From the NCBI GenBank assembly GCA_964658305.1, contig OZ210885.1, positions 20,150,001 to 20,214,000 of the forward strand: a DNA stretch of 64,000 nt, read 5' to 3'. Positions 26,446 through 39,090 of this stretch are shown piece by piece. Numbering within the stretch: position 1 is the stretch's first letter; each line of letters begins with the position of its first letter. Source of the stretch: Leptogorgia sarmentosa. Its lineage: Eukaryota. The notes below the pieces were generated by a model. It searched no databases and was not told the DNA's origin. It was given only the letters and a program-made list of their open reading frames with translations. Both the position numbers and the translations under genes were made by a program.

Positions 26446-29400
26446 CAATTAGTAGTTTACACCTTATATGCTACAGGCCCGACATTTAGTAATTGTCTAA
26501 TACTGAAATTTAGTAAGTGTCCAAATTTATACTTTTAATATATACATATATATAAGAGAATGTGCACACAGATGAGCAGAAGCTATATCATGTAAAGAAC
26601 CTTAATAATTAGAATTGTCAAAAGGAGGGGATGGCTGGCCTGTGGCTCACTACATATAACATCTAATAATAGATCTCCATATATTATAATTACATTCAAA
26701 CAGAAACTAATTCTTTATACTGAAGAACTTTAATAAGTTACAAAAGTCCTTGTTTCAACCTGAGAAACAAATTAATGAAACTCATTTATCTTTGAATTTT
26801 TCGAACACTAGACATACAATTTTCACTTCAAACTATACTTAAAAACATTTCATTGACAATCACAACAATGTATTGCTTGCGTTTAATATTTTTATACACT
26901 GCCATGTTTTTGCCATTTTAAAGTAAAGGTTTGATATGAGAATTAGTCTGCAACTCAAACGGAAATGCATGTGAACTTCAAGTCCTTTTTTTCATTACCT
27001 ATTCTATAGAAATTTTTTATTTTCACATATGTTATTCAGAAAACACTGATATATCATACGATGTATAGCTTGGCCTGGGGACCGAATCGTATCAATGCGT
27101 TTTTTTACTCTGAACATTGATGTAATATGATGCGTTTCTGAGGAATGTGCATGCATGTTAAATTTCAAGTCTTTTTCTCGCTTCATTCTAGCCATAGATT
27201 TTTCATTTTCCAATATATTATACATATTTCAACGATAATTCCAACAATGTATTGCTTGCCTTTAATATTTTTATACACTGCCATGTTTTTGCCATTTTAA
27301 AGTAAAGGTTTGATATGAGAATTAGTCTGCAACTCAAACGGAAATGCATGTGAACTTCAAGTCCTTTTTTTCATTACCTATTCTATAGAATTTTTTTATT
27401 TTCACATATGTTATTCAGAAAACACTGATATATCATACGATGTATAGCTTGGCCTGGGGACCGAATCATATCAATGCGTTTTTTTCCTTTGAACATTGAT
27501 GTAATATGATGCGTTTCTGAGGAATGTGCATGTTAAATTTCAAGTCTTTTTCTCGCTTCATTCTAGCCATAGATTTTTCATTTTCCAATATATTATACAT
27601 ATTTCAACGATAATTCCAACAATGTATTGCTTGCGTTTAATATTTTTATACACTGCCGTCTTTTTGCCATTTTAACGTAAAGGTTTGATATGAGAATTAG
27701 TCTGCAACTCAAACGGAAATGCATGTGAACTTCAAGTCCTTTTTTTCATTACCTATTCTATAGAATTTTTTTATTTTCACATATGTTATTCAGAAAACAC
27801 TGATATATCATACGATGTATAGCTTGGCCTGGGGACCGAATCATATCAATGTGTTTTTTTTACTTTGAAAATGAATGAAGAAAATAATCAAATTGAATCG
27901 TTTTAATAGGTAATGAAAAAAAGGACTTGAAGTTCACATGCATTTCCGTTTGAGTTGCAGACTAATTTTCATATCACACGTTTACTTTAAAATGGCAAAA
28001 ACACGGCAGTCTACAAAAATATTAAGGACAAGCAATACATTGTTGGAATTATCATTGAAATATGTATAATATATTGGAAAATGAAAAATCTATGGCTAGA
28101 ATGAAGCGAGCAAAGACTTGAAATTTAACATGCACATTCCTCAGAAACGCATCATATTACATCAATGTTCAAAGTAAAAAAAACGCATTGATATGATTCG
28201 GTCCCCAGGCCAAGCTATACATCGTATGATATATCAGTGTTTTCTGAATAACATATGTCTATAGAATAGGTAATGAAAAAAAGGACTTGAAGTTCACATG
28301 CATTTCCGTTTGAGTTGCAGACTAATTCTCATATCAAACCTTTACTTTAAAATGGCAAAAACACGGCAGTGTATAAAAATATTAAAGGCAAGCAATACAT
28401 TGTTGGAATTATCATTGAAATTTGAAATATGCATAATATATATTGGAAAATGAAAAATCTATGGCTAAAATGAAGCGAGAAAATGACTTGAAATTTAACA
28501 TGCACATTCCTCAGAAACGCATCATATTACATCAATGTTCAAAGTAAAAAAACGCATTGATATGATTCGGTCCCCAGGCCAAGCTATACATCGTATGATA
28601 TATCAGTGTTTTCTGAATAACATATGTGAAAATAAAAAATTTCTATAGAATAGGTAATGAAAAAAAAGGACTTGACTAATTCTCATATCAAACCTTTACT
28701 TTAAAATGGCAAAAACACGGCAGTGTATAAAAATATTAATAGCAAGCAATACATTGTTGGGATTGTCAATGAAATGTTTTTAAGTATAGTTTGAAGTGAA
28801 AATTGTATGTCTAGTATTCAAACAATTCGAATTAAGTGATTAAAAGAGATTTAAATCAATTTCTCAGGTTGAAACAAGGACTTTTGTAACTTATTAAAGT
28901 TCTTCAGTACAGGGTGTCTCAAAAAAAAGGTAATCGAACTTTGGCACGCCATTGTGCGTTGATTACTGGGTGTATGAACGTGATTTTTGCATGGTCATAA
29001 AGATCAAGGTCTTAGCAGTTGAATGACATATTTGTTGTACGATATGGAAGAAAATCAAGCAAATGCGAGCGTGTTGAAAAATCTCGGTGAAAAACGTATT
29101 CTTTCACCTCTGTGCCTAATTAAAGCAGTGCATAACAAAAGAAAAATGCAATTCATCACGAATGTGTCATGGTAACAAAGATGTTATCAGGATTATTAAT
29201 AATTATGCATAATCAGGTCGATTGTTGAAGGGAAGGTCGTCATCTTCGAGTCCCAGAGGGAGTTAATTTTGAATAAGTTTAGCTGCAATTCTCAGAGGTG
29301 AAAGAATGCGTTTTTCACCGAGATTTTTCAACACGCTCGCATTTGCCTGATTTTCTTCCATATCGTACAACAAATATGTCATTCAACTGCTAAGACCTTG

Positions 29401-29770
29401 ATCTTTATGACCATGCAAAAATCGCGTTCGTACACCCAGTAATTAACGCACAATGGCATGCCAAAGTTCGATTACCTTTTTTTTGAGACACCCTGTATAA
29501 AGAATTAGTTTCTGTTTGAATGTAATTATAATATATGGAGATGTTATATGTAGTGTGCCACAGGCCAGCCATCCCCTCCTTTTGACAATTCTAATTATTA
29601 AGGTTCTTTACATGATATAGCTTCTGCTCATCTGTGTGCACATTCTCTTATATATATGTATATATACGGTGATTAAAAGTATAAATTTGGACACTTACTA
29701 AATTTCAGTATTAGACACTTACTAAATGTCGGGCCTGTAGCATATAATATAAGGTGTAAACTACTAATTG
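26446..29770. mobile_element. Foldback-type non-autonomous element with TA TSD and internal ~355-380-bp tandem units
   Basis: TA|CAATTAGTAGTTTACACC ... GGTGTAAACTACTAATTG|TA. Left arm (~26446-27870; units at 26863, 27242, 27617) mirrors right arm (~27905-29770). Inserted in the inner part of the right TIR of the RAG1-like element. Confidence 0.9.
28910..29495. mobile_element. Tc1/mariner-type MITE, ~200-bp TIRs, TA TSD
   Basis: TA|CAGGGTGTCTCAAAAAAAAGG ... CCTTTTTTTTGAGACACCCTG|TA; the empty site TTCTTTATACTGAA is present in the left foldback arm (~26711-26724). Confidence 0.93.
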
Positions 29771-30052
29771 TATATATCAAAGAAGAAGAGACTTTGAATC
29801 CAAAAGGTTTCGTAGTCATTATTACCTAAACCTTCTCGAAACTATTTTGGGAATTTAAGGCAGGTTAGAACATGAAGAATTTGTTAAATCTGCTCAAGAA
29901 ATAGTACACTTTAACTGTTAAAACTTTTAAATGATGGTAAATAGTAAGCGCGCAACATGTGGTCTTTATCAGCAGATTTAATCTGCTTACGAATGTGCGA
30001 TGAATGTTGTGACGAATGTTGTGATGAATGTTGTGACAGCTTCACAGTGGTC

Positions 30053-31556
30053 AAACTTTGCTCTTCGCAAAACAACAGAAGACAACGCCAACGATTTTGA
30101 TCCCTTGATTACCGACATAGTAAATGAAAATTTCTACATTGACGACTGCCTCAAGTCGGTCCCTGATGAGCAGAAAGGTGTTGAAGTGGCGAGTAAGCTC
30201 CCAGAATTGCTCAGTTGTGGTGGATTCCATCTTACTAAATGGGTATCAAATTCCACAGCAGTGATTGAATCCATCCCCGAGAGTGAAAGAGCTAGCACTT
30301 TCGCAAACAACTGTACAGCGAGCTCTAGGAAAGAATTGGGATGTCATAACAGATGAATTTACCTTCAAGGTCACCACCAAAGAGAAACCACTAACTAGAC
30401 GTGGGCTTCTTTCAATTTTAAGTTCAATATACGATCCTCTGGGACTTGTAGCACCATTTGTTTTACTAGCTAAAATCTTGATGCAAGAACTATGTGGAGA
30501 TGGGACGATCCAATACCCAATCAATATTTAATGCATTGGAATGTTTGGCTTAAAGAGCTTCCAAGGATTGAAAATTTTCGTGTTTCGAGATGTATCAAAT
30601 CAAAGTCGTTGAACGAAATTGCCTCAATACAGCTGCACGATTTTGCTGATGCCTCAAGACGGGGTTATGGAGCCATCTGCTATATCAGATTCAAAGATGT
30701 AGAAGGAAAGATCCATTGTGCCTTTATGATTGCCAAGTCAAGAGTTGCTCCGCTCAAGAAACCTACAATCCCACGAATGGAACTCTCAGCTGCCGTTTGT
30801 GCCGCCAAACTCGAAGTTGGTACGAAAAGAAAGCGATCTTGATATTCAACTGTCTACTTTTTGGACAGACAGCACTTGTGTTCTCGGTTATTTGAACAAC
30901 ACGACCAAGAGATTCCAAACGCTTGTAGCAAATAGAGTTGGTACAATCAGGGAAAAGACAGAATCAGATTTTGTGATCAAAATCCGGCGGACAATGTCTC
31001 ACGAGGCTTATCAGCAGCTGAATTGCTGTATTCAAAAAGGTGGTTGAATGCTCCACAGTTTTTATGGTGTCCAGAAAAATATTGGCCAGCACAACCTGCG
31101 ACTACTCCAACAATCAGTGACAATGATCCTGAAGTGAAGTCTAACGTTCAGACCTTTTTGCTTGGTCGCAAGTCCAAAATCACAATGGATGAGATAATCA
31201 AGAGGTTCTCTATATGGCATCAATTACTTAAATTTGCTGCTTGGATGCTTCGTTACAGAAAGAACTTACTTCGTCGTCTTGATACAAACTCGTTTCTACA
31301 TGCTCTACGAAGATTCATTGCTCGAAGAGGTCAACCTGATGTTATTAGATCTGATAATGGAACTAACTTTGTCAGTCGCGAAAAGGAAATTCAAGCAGCT
31401 ATTAAGAATTGGAACCAAGACAAGATTCACGATTTCTTGACAAAGCGACGCATCAAATGGACCTTCAATCCACCCTTGGGTTCTCATCATGGAGGAGTTT
31501 GGGAGAGGTGTATAAGGACTGCTGGGAAAATTCTCTCTGCACTCCTAAAACACTAA
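30053..31556 (+). pseudogene. BEL/Pao pol, 3' part (RT, RNase H, partial integrase)
   Basis: NFYIDDCL; YDPLGL; HDFADASRRGYG; AKSRVAPLK..TIPRMEL; WTDS; RRFIARRG..SDNGTNFV; GGVWER. Frameshifts and an internal deletion. Confidence 0.92.
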
Positions 31557-31869
31557 CCCAAACAGTAAACACTAAACCAAACAGTGTGGGAATATTTACA
31601 GTTACATACGTAAGCCACATGTAATGATACCAATACACAGTATGAATGAAAAACATCTTTGAATCAAGGTCAATGGTTTTATAGCAATTTGAAATGCTTC
31701 TTTGAAATTGATGTTTGCCGGTCCATTGGAGCGTGCATGTATGTAAAGGTATTTAAGCAAACTTTGCTGGCTGGACACACAGTACAACAAGGATTTGTAG
31801 TGGATGTGAGAACATTTTATTAAGGTATGAATGAGTGAATAAATTTTTAACATAAGGTACGGGGGATGT

Positions 31870-33375
31870 TTATTTTTGAGTGTTTACTTGACTATTATTT
31901 AGATGACCTTGGTTGGCAAACAGCCGCTTAATGTGTTGGGAGATAGTATTGTGACAATGGTGTTCGTATTTTTGTTCATAAAGGTCGAAGGAGATGAGAG
32001 CATCAGCGGGCTGTTTTTGATTAAAACAGTCGTTGGTCTTGGTGCTCCGGTAATTTTGGCCACTATGGTTTTGCCATAGACTTGGCACAGCTCTTGTATG
32101 GCAGCATCAAATTCTTTTGATGTGACCGTTCGGACAGCTGAGGGTGAAGTGGACTGTTTGAAGGACCAGAACCTCAATGCTGGCCCTGGGAAGGAAAGGA
32201 TTGCCAATTTCAAGTTCATCCCGCTTGGCTGATCCCTGATCACTTCACAGGCTTCTTGGGTGATGGACTGTTTTGTCCTAATTAATTATATGGCATTGGT
32301 AGTTACGAAAAATGTGTCCTTAAAAGTGCACTATTTTTCATATAGACTTACTTCACAAACAGCATCTCTTTGTTGCTCAAGATGAGCAACAAACGTGTTT
32401 GCCCTCCTGAATGTTTTGCTGCTTATCACCGTCGGGCAGTCATCAATTGATTGTCCAAGAAGCAGCATTTCTGTGGCATAGCTGAGTACATGGAGGGCGA
32501 GAGCGACTCGTGGTAGGTGATCAGATGTTATTGACTTTGGAGGCACATTTCCATCCAGAATGGCCATATTGACTTCTTGAGTAAACTCATTGTTCATTTC
32601 TTGCAGGAGTTTGTGTGCATCATCGTCAAAGGTGTAGGCAGTGGCATTGTTGATTTCATGATGCTCATGGATTGCCTGGAAAATGTCATTGATCGTTTCT
32701 ATAGGCTCAGTGGAAATATAAGCATTTGCTTCTTGTTGCTGCTGTGGAGTTGGTCGCAGGACCATGGGTACAGAAATCAGGAAACGGTCAATAAGACTGT
32801 GGCCCTGATCCATTCTCGCTATGCGTTTGGCAGCATTTTGTATCTGTGTTGAGCCAAGGATCGAAAACGGCGTGTTTGCTGGGATTTCGTGAACCTTCTC
32901 TGTGCTGTAATGGTACGTCGCTCTTTCCCCAAGAACATCTTACATAACTGTTGTATATCGCCCGTTGCAGATTCATCGTCGGACTTCAGAAGCTTGTTTA
33001 GAGCGTCGTAAATTTCCAATGAAACAATGTACGCTTTGAGTAGAGACTGCTCCGGTTTGCTGATGGACAATATTGGTGTCGTTGCCCCGTGATCAACCAA
33101 AGCTGATTTCCTGGATAGCCAATGAATATTGTGAATATGTTGGGCAGCTGTTCATGGTTGGTGCCTGTTTGCACTTTTACATAGTTCGCCAGAATGAACA
33201 CAGTCGTGGTGCGAAATTAGCCAAGGGAACTGCCAACCAAGATTGCTTTATTTGTGAAAAATGTTAGGACGTCTTCTGGAAAAAGGTTTGAATAGGACGT
33301 CTTCTGGAAAAAGGTTTGAATAGGAATAGTGCGTTCCCAAATCGCGCCTTTGAAGGGATGTCCAAGTACTTTCAT
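31870..33375 (-). pseudogene. Decayed gene, probably a DUF3987-like P-loop NTPase
   Basis: PNIFTIFIGYPG (Walker A cut by a deletion), VSLEIYDALNKL, FSILGSTQ (alternate frame), D.GHSLIDRFL; GT-AG intron 32351-32278. Family call is from remembered motifs only. Confidence 0.45.
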
Positions 33376-33898
33376 GCTGTCAAGCGACCTTTGTCAAAGG
33401 ATTAGTGGCCATGATCTTTATATTCGAACTTGTGGTATAATGTAGAGAGACTTGTATACGGAGTGCTTCTCACAACTTGCCATGAACGGTATGATAGAAC
33501 TATTCAATCCTTGGCGTTTAAGTAACAGTGATAACAAAGAAATGATTGGCAACTCTTGATAGACGAGGTGAGATGTTGAAGACAAATTGAGAGTGATAAT
33601 CCCTGGCACAGTGGATGACATTTCCGTACCGACGAGTATGACACAAAAAACCCCTCAGTTTTTGTGACAGTGATTTTACCTATTTCTTTGATTTAAAAAT
33701 AGCCTAGTAACCAAAAAATCATTGTGTGTATATAGTTATTTTGTTATAAAAATGATTATTCTCATTTTGAATTTATTTAAGAAGTAGACGCTAATCCTTG
33801 CGATGGATGACGTTTGTGTAATGACATATCTTGTTTTGATGACATATCTTATGGCATATTTTGTGTTAACAAACATTTTTTTATCTCTGAGCCATGGC

Positions 33899-35989
33899 GG
33901 GGCGAGGGTAATAATTCCGCCATAGCGGAGTCCAAAGTTGTTGCTCGATTTGGCGGCCATTTTGGGTCAAGGTGTAAGAGAATTTATATAAGGGTGGTCA
34001 TCACTGATTTCAAAATTATGGTGGACTATCATGAAGAGCCGAAGGTATTTAAAGCTTTTGGGCCTTTGGAAAGGCGAAAACAAAGACAAGACCTATGCTG
34101 TAAGACTTGTAAAGCCTTCTCAGAAGATATAAAACGCTGAGAAAGGGGAACAGACAACTACGGATTGAAACACAAGGTAAGTTCGTCAATGTGTTGCCGG
34201 CAGTGAACTGTGTTTTGCGTGTTTACTATCTACAGTCTACTATTTGTATGAAAGGTCGCCGTAGCCGCATTTAATCTATTCACAGCTCAATTCCAGAGTA
34301 TAAGTTATCATTTTAAAGGCAGGACTTCACAAAATTTTTACAAACCGTTTACCCCAAAAGAACACGAGGTAACATTGGCTGGAAATTGTTTCATATCAAA
34401 GACTGACTCAATTAAACCGTTTTATGCAAATAAATGTAGCATTTCGCACCCAATTCAAGTTTATATTAGTCCTAATAACGTACGGATAACAAACGGTTCT
34501 CGAAATTTGAAAAAAAAGCCAATAAAACAAAGATAAAAGCTGATATTTTGACAGTTTTCAAAAAATTACAGAAATATGAATTTTCATTCGTGTTGCCATG
34601 ACAACAACCTCAGGCGGCTTTGAAGTACAGTACTTCATGTTCCAAAAATATAGTTGCATTAATTGTTTAGTAAGGTGAGGGGTTGCTGCATGTATGTATT
34701 TCCAGTATTTATATAATTAAAAATTATTAGAAAAACATATGCATTTGTTTTTTATAGTTGTCGTGTCGTGTAGTGTGTGTATATATAACTGTTGTAGCTA
34801 TGCACTTAGCCATATAGCTACAGGATTATGTGAATATACATGCATGGATATGAATAACAACATATGCACTGAAAATGAAAACACTTAAAATAGTAGATGT
34901 TAATAAAATTATTGATTTTATGGTAGGGATACTGTTAATGGATTTGAAGAGGAAGATTATCTGCATATCAATTGTATCGATAAAAGCTGAAGGACGCAAG
35001 CTAATCCCTTCATGAATCACATTTCTGTAGCAAAGATTATGATGCAATAAAAAAAATTCAGTTCTCCTTGCAATAATTTCAGGTAGTTGTTCCATAAAAA
35101 CATGGCTAGTAACCAAAAAACTAATATTTTGTTTATATAATAGATTTATTATCCCCAAGCCAGGGTGCAAAGTGCCGTCCGGGCGTTAGCCTGGGGTGAG
35201 GGTAATAATTCCGCATAGCGGAGTCCAAAGTTGCTTGATTTGGCTGCCATTTTGGGTCATGGTGCATCGTAGGTCATCACTGATCTCTAAAATATAGCGG
35301 ACTATCATGAATAGCCGAAGCTTTTTAGAACTTTCAAGGAGCTTCTTAAAGCTTTGGAAAGGGGAAACAAAGACAAGATCTGTGCGTAAGTCTTGAAAAG
35401 CCCTCTTAGATGATATAAAACGCTGAGAAATGGGACAAAACGACTATGGATTGAAACACAGGATACGTTCGTCAATATATTGTCGGCAGTGAACTTTTGT
35501 TTTGCATATATTTACTATTTTCATGAAAGGTCGCCGATCGTAGCGGCGTTTAATCAATTCACGGCTCAATTCCAGAGTATAAGTTTATGTTTTTAAATGC
35601 AAGACTTCACAAAATATTTACAAACTTCAATCAAAAGAGCATGAGCGAACACTGGAGTCTCGCTGGAAATTGTTTCATATCAAAGACTGGCTTGAATATT
35701 TAAAACGTTGTATGCAAATAAATGTAGTATTGCGCACCAAATTCGAGTTTATATTAGTGCTAATAATGTACGGTTAACAAATGGTTCTCCAAATTTAAAA
35801 AAATCCAATAAAACCAAGATAAAAGCTGATATTTTGAGTGTTTTCAAAAAAATACAGAAATATGAATTCCGATCGTGTTGCCATGAGAACAACCTCAGGC
35901 GGCTTTAAATACTTCATGTTCCAAAAATATAGTTGCATTTTTTTGGGAGTAAGGCGAGGTAAGGTTGTTGCATATATGTATTTCTAGTA
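33899..35989 (+). repeat. Two diverged ~0.8-kb direct repeats (~33899-34707 and ~35193-35989)
   Basis: Shared colinear blocks GAGGGTAATAATTCCGC..GGAGTCCAAAGTTG, GATATAAAACGCTGAGAAA, CTCAATTCCAGAGTATAAGTT, AACAACCTCAGGCGGCTTT. Confidence 0.85.
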
Positions 35990-36065
35990 AACAATGAATA
36001 CCTCATATTGAAAGTATAAGTTTAAAAAGTGGGTGCTAATCCCTGTCATGGATGACGTTTCCGTA

Positions 36066-36344
36066 TAGAGGCTAGCCTTACGCACATATCTGTGACTACT
36101 GTACATTCACGTCAGCGGTGATAGAAATTTCTATTGGCGTATTCACAAAATAAAACAAAATAAACCAGTCCCAAACCATAAATCTGACCCTAACCACCAG
36201 TCCCAAACCACAACCAAAGGTTAGGTCAGTCAGATTTATGGTTTGGGACTGGTTTATTTTGTGAATACGCCAATAGAAATTTCTATCACCGCTGACATGA
36301 ATGTACAGCAGACGCAGATGTGTGCGTAAGGTCACCATGATCTA
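36066..36344. mobile_element. Palindromic MITE with TAG..CTA termini and 3-bp TSD (Academ-like)
   Basis: GTA|TAGA...TCTA|GTA; ~110-bp inverted arms (36076-36191 / ~36230-36331); interrupts a TTTCCGTACCGAC motif that is intact at ~33621. Confidence 0.75.
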
Positions 36345-37709
36345 GTACCGACCATATTATACAGCATAGGGAAGAAATCTTCGGCTGTCGTTACAGTAAT
36401 TGATGTATATCATAGAAAAAGTAAAGCAACAAAGTAATTTTAATGTGTATGTTTATGATAACGCGTTTTTAATGGAATAGTTTTGTGGTAATAAATTACG
36501 TGTATTTAGTGTGCATGTTTATGATATGAATTTCAAATTGATGGCTACACTACAATTGCTTGTATATATAATGGTAGTAATAATCGTTGCTATCCATGCA
36601 ACGCTAAACCAGGATCCTAAAAATAAAAACTAGTTGAGAGAGCACTAATCCCTGTCATGAATCACATTTCCGTAGCAACGATGATGACACAATGAAAAAA
36701 AATTCAGTTGCCCTTGTCATGGATTAGTGTCATGCCCTTGTCAAGTTGTTTTTATAATAATTTTCAATATTGATATAATAACAAAAACTAGTAGATTTGT
36801 GTGTTGATTATTTTATGCGTGTATTGTTGTGTTGTGATGCACAAAAAGCATATATGACAGGAATATAAAATTTAAAGTTGGCAGGAAGTTGACAATTGAT
36901 GTAACATATAATATCATGGTAATGAAAGGTGGGGCATTTACAAGTAACTGTGTATGTTGATACTGAGCACTTATTGTTCGTGTGAATTTGGTGTAGAGTT
37001 CCTAACTTCTAACATTTCTAAACATCATGATATTGCTGTTCAAGTCGTGAAGAAGAGAGGAAAAATTTACCGGGGGGTGCCCCTGGACACCCATGGTTAT
37101 GCGAGTTTTTGACCCTGCCACGGTCAGATTTAATGCTTCCACGCCTGTTACATACTGTAAAACTCCTTTATCATGCATGGTATTGATTTTCATAGTACCA
37201 ATTTGCTTAATACCCAGGGTGGGTTGGTGCAATCAACACAACCAAAATTTGGACATGATTAATGGTTTGAAAAAATGAAGTTATATTTGTTTCAACACTA
37301 AAACTTATTTTCATATCCCAACTAAAAAACACAATTTGAATTGTATTTGAACTTTTAAGTAACTAAAGTTCAAGTTTCTAAACAACATGAAACGTTCTTT
37401 GTGACGCACCATTGTCGTCAATTTTGTATTTGCATAAATATTCGTTCTAAAACATTTATATTTATGCTGTTCTTTATTTTGTTATCCCATAAGTTTATTT
37501 TTACATCCCATATTTTATAAATTCATGGCAAGTGTTGTTTATTTATCCTTTCTATTTGCTCTTAAATTTTACCTGTACAATGATATGTTTTTATATTTAT
37601 TGCAATTGAAATTTGTATACTAGTTTTTATATTCATTCTAATTAATATTCAGGCATAATTTTTTTTCATTCTAATTAAAATTCAGGCACATTTTCCTCGT
37701 GTTCGAATA

Positions 37710-39090
37710 ATGGTTATTGGCTTTTCAATGGCAGCACAGCAAAGGTATATAGCAAGGGAATGCAATGAAATTGGACTAACTAATTTTGTAGACTCTCTCA
37801 GATCAATTTTTCATCAAATTCAACAACTAAACGTAACAGAAATCGAGCCAGAGTATCTCAAAACAACGCGATCGCACCTGGAGAGCGCCATTGCTTCTCT
37901 ACAGTTGCTACTTGTTAATATTGGGCAAACTCAAGATTGTGTATTGGAAGATTTGAAAGTCATACTAGAAACCGTTCTAAGGCAATCACAGAATCAATCA
38001 ATTTTAGAAGTGATTGTTACATTAGAGAGGCAGGATTCCGAGAGTAGAGCTGTATCATATGCTTGCCCTGCAGCTGTTGTGCAAGGTCCTGGATGACCAG
38101 CGCTAATTGTGCAGCATGAACAAATCAAGTTCCTTTGAATGTTGGCCAGCGGAGATTGCAAGAAGCACTTAGGGCTAGAGGGCTGAAGGTGGAACGAAGA
38201 AGAGTTCGCCAATGCTTGCGCGAAGAAGATCCTCTGGGAACAGCTTTACGATGGAATGAAACAATTTACCGCCGAAAGTATTCAGTACCGGCTCCTAATT
38301 CATTATGGCATATTGACGGTAACCACAAACTGATTAACTATAAATTAGTTGAGCATTGCTGGGTTGATGGTTACTCTAGGTTAATAATTTATGCGCATGT
38401 AGTTGACAATAATAGAGCAAACACTGTACTCGACTTGTTCCTAAATGGCGTTGCTGAATACGGCCTACCTTCCAGTCAGAAGTGACCACGGACTTGAAAA
38501 CATTGAAGTGGCAAGATACATGTCGGAAACAAGAGGGTTGGACAGAGGAATTATTATCACGGGTAGCTCTGTTCACAATTGCAGGGTTGAAAGAACGCAT
38601 AAAGTTGTATACGCTGGTGTATTGTGTCACTTCGCTGAGATTTTTTATGGGATGGAACGGGATGAACGTTTAAACCCGTCAAATGAAATTCACTTATAAT
38701 GCCTTACATTTTGTGTACATTCCAAGAATAAACACAGCCATGAAAGAGTTTGTTTCTCAGTGGAATAACCATCCAGTTTCAACGGAAAGAAATCCATCCC
38801 CACTTCAAATGTATACCCAAGGTACACCAGAAAACATGTACAGTGGCCACACCGGAGTAGATAGTATTTTATCTGAAGTTGACATGCCTTACTATGGATT
38901 GATCCTGATGGGCCATTCCCACTACTTGATGATGAAGATTACCAAGTTCATGTACCACAAATAAACTTGCCTCTATCGGAAGAAAATCTTCACTATTTGA
39001 GTGAAAATTGTTATCCCTTAGCTGATGATGGTGAGGATGGAAGGCAGGAATACAGCAACTGCCTCCAAATCCTTTCCAACTGGGACTTAC
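37710..39090 (+). pseudogene. Integrase-core-like DDE transposase (IS3EU-like)
   Basis: [60 protein letters not shown] across frameshifted ORFs. Confidence 0.82.

Larger units (their letters stand above)
15925..30052 (+). mobile_element. RAG1/Transib-like DNA transposon with ~255-bp TIRs inserted in BEL RT
   Basis: TIRs 15925-16180 and 29772-30052 near-identical; AAACTTT duplicated (15918-15924, 30053-30059); removing the element restores BEL RT codons C-A-N-F-A-L-R. Confidence 0.9.

Noticed and set aside
15925..30052. RAG2-like (kelch/PHD) gene as in ProtoRAG
   Set aside because: No kelch or PHD coding sequence was seen; the surviving second gene is a chromodomain, and its deleted 3' part cannot be assessed.
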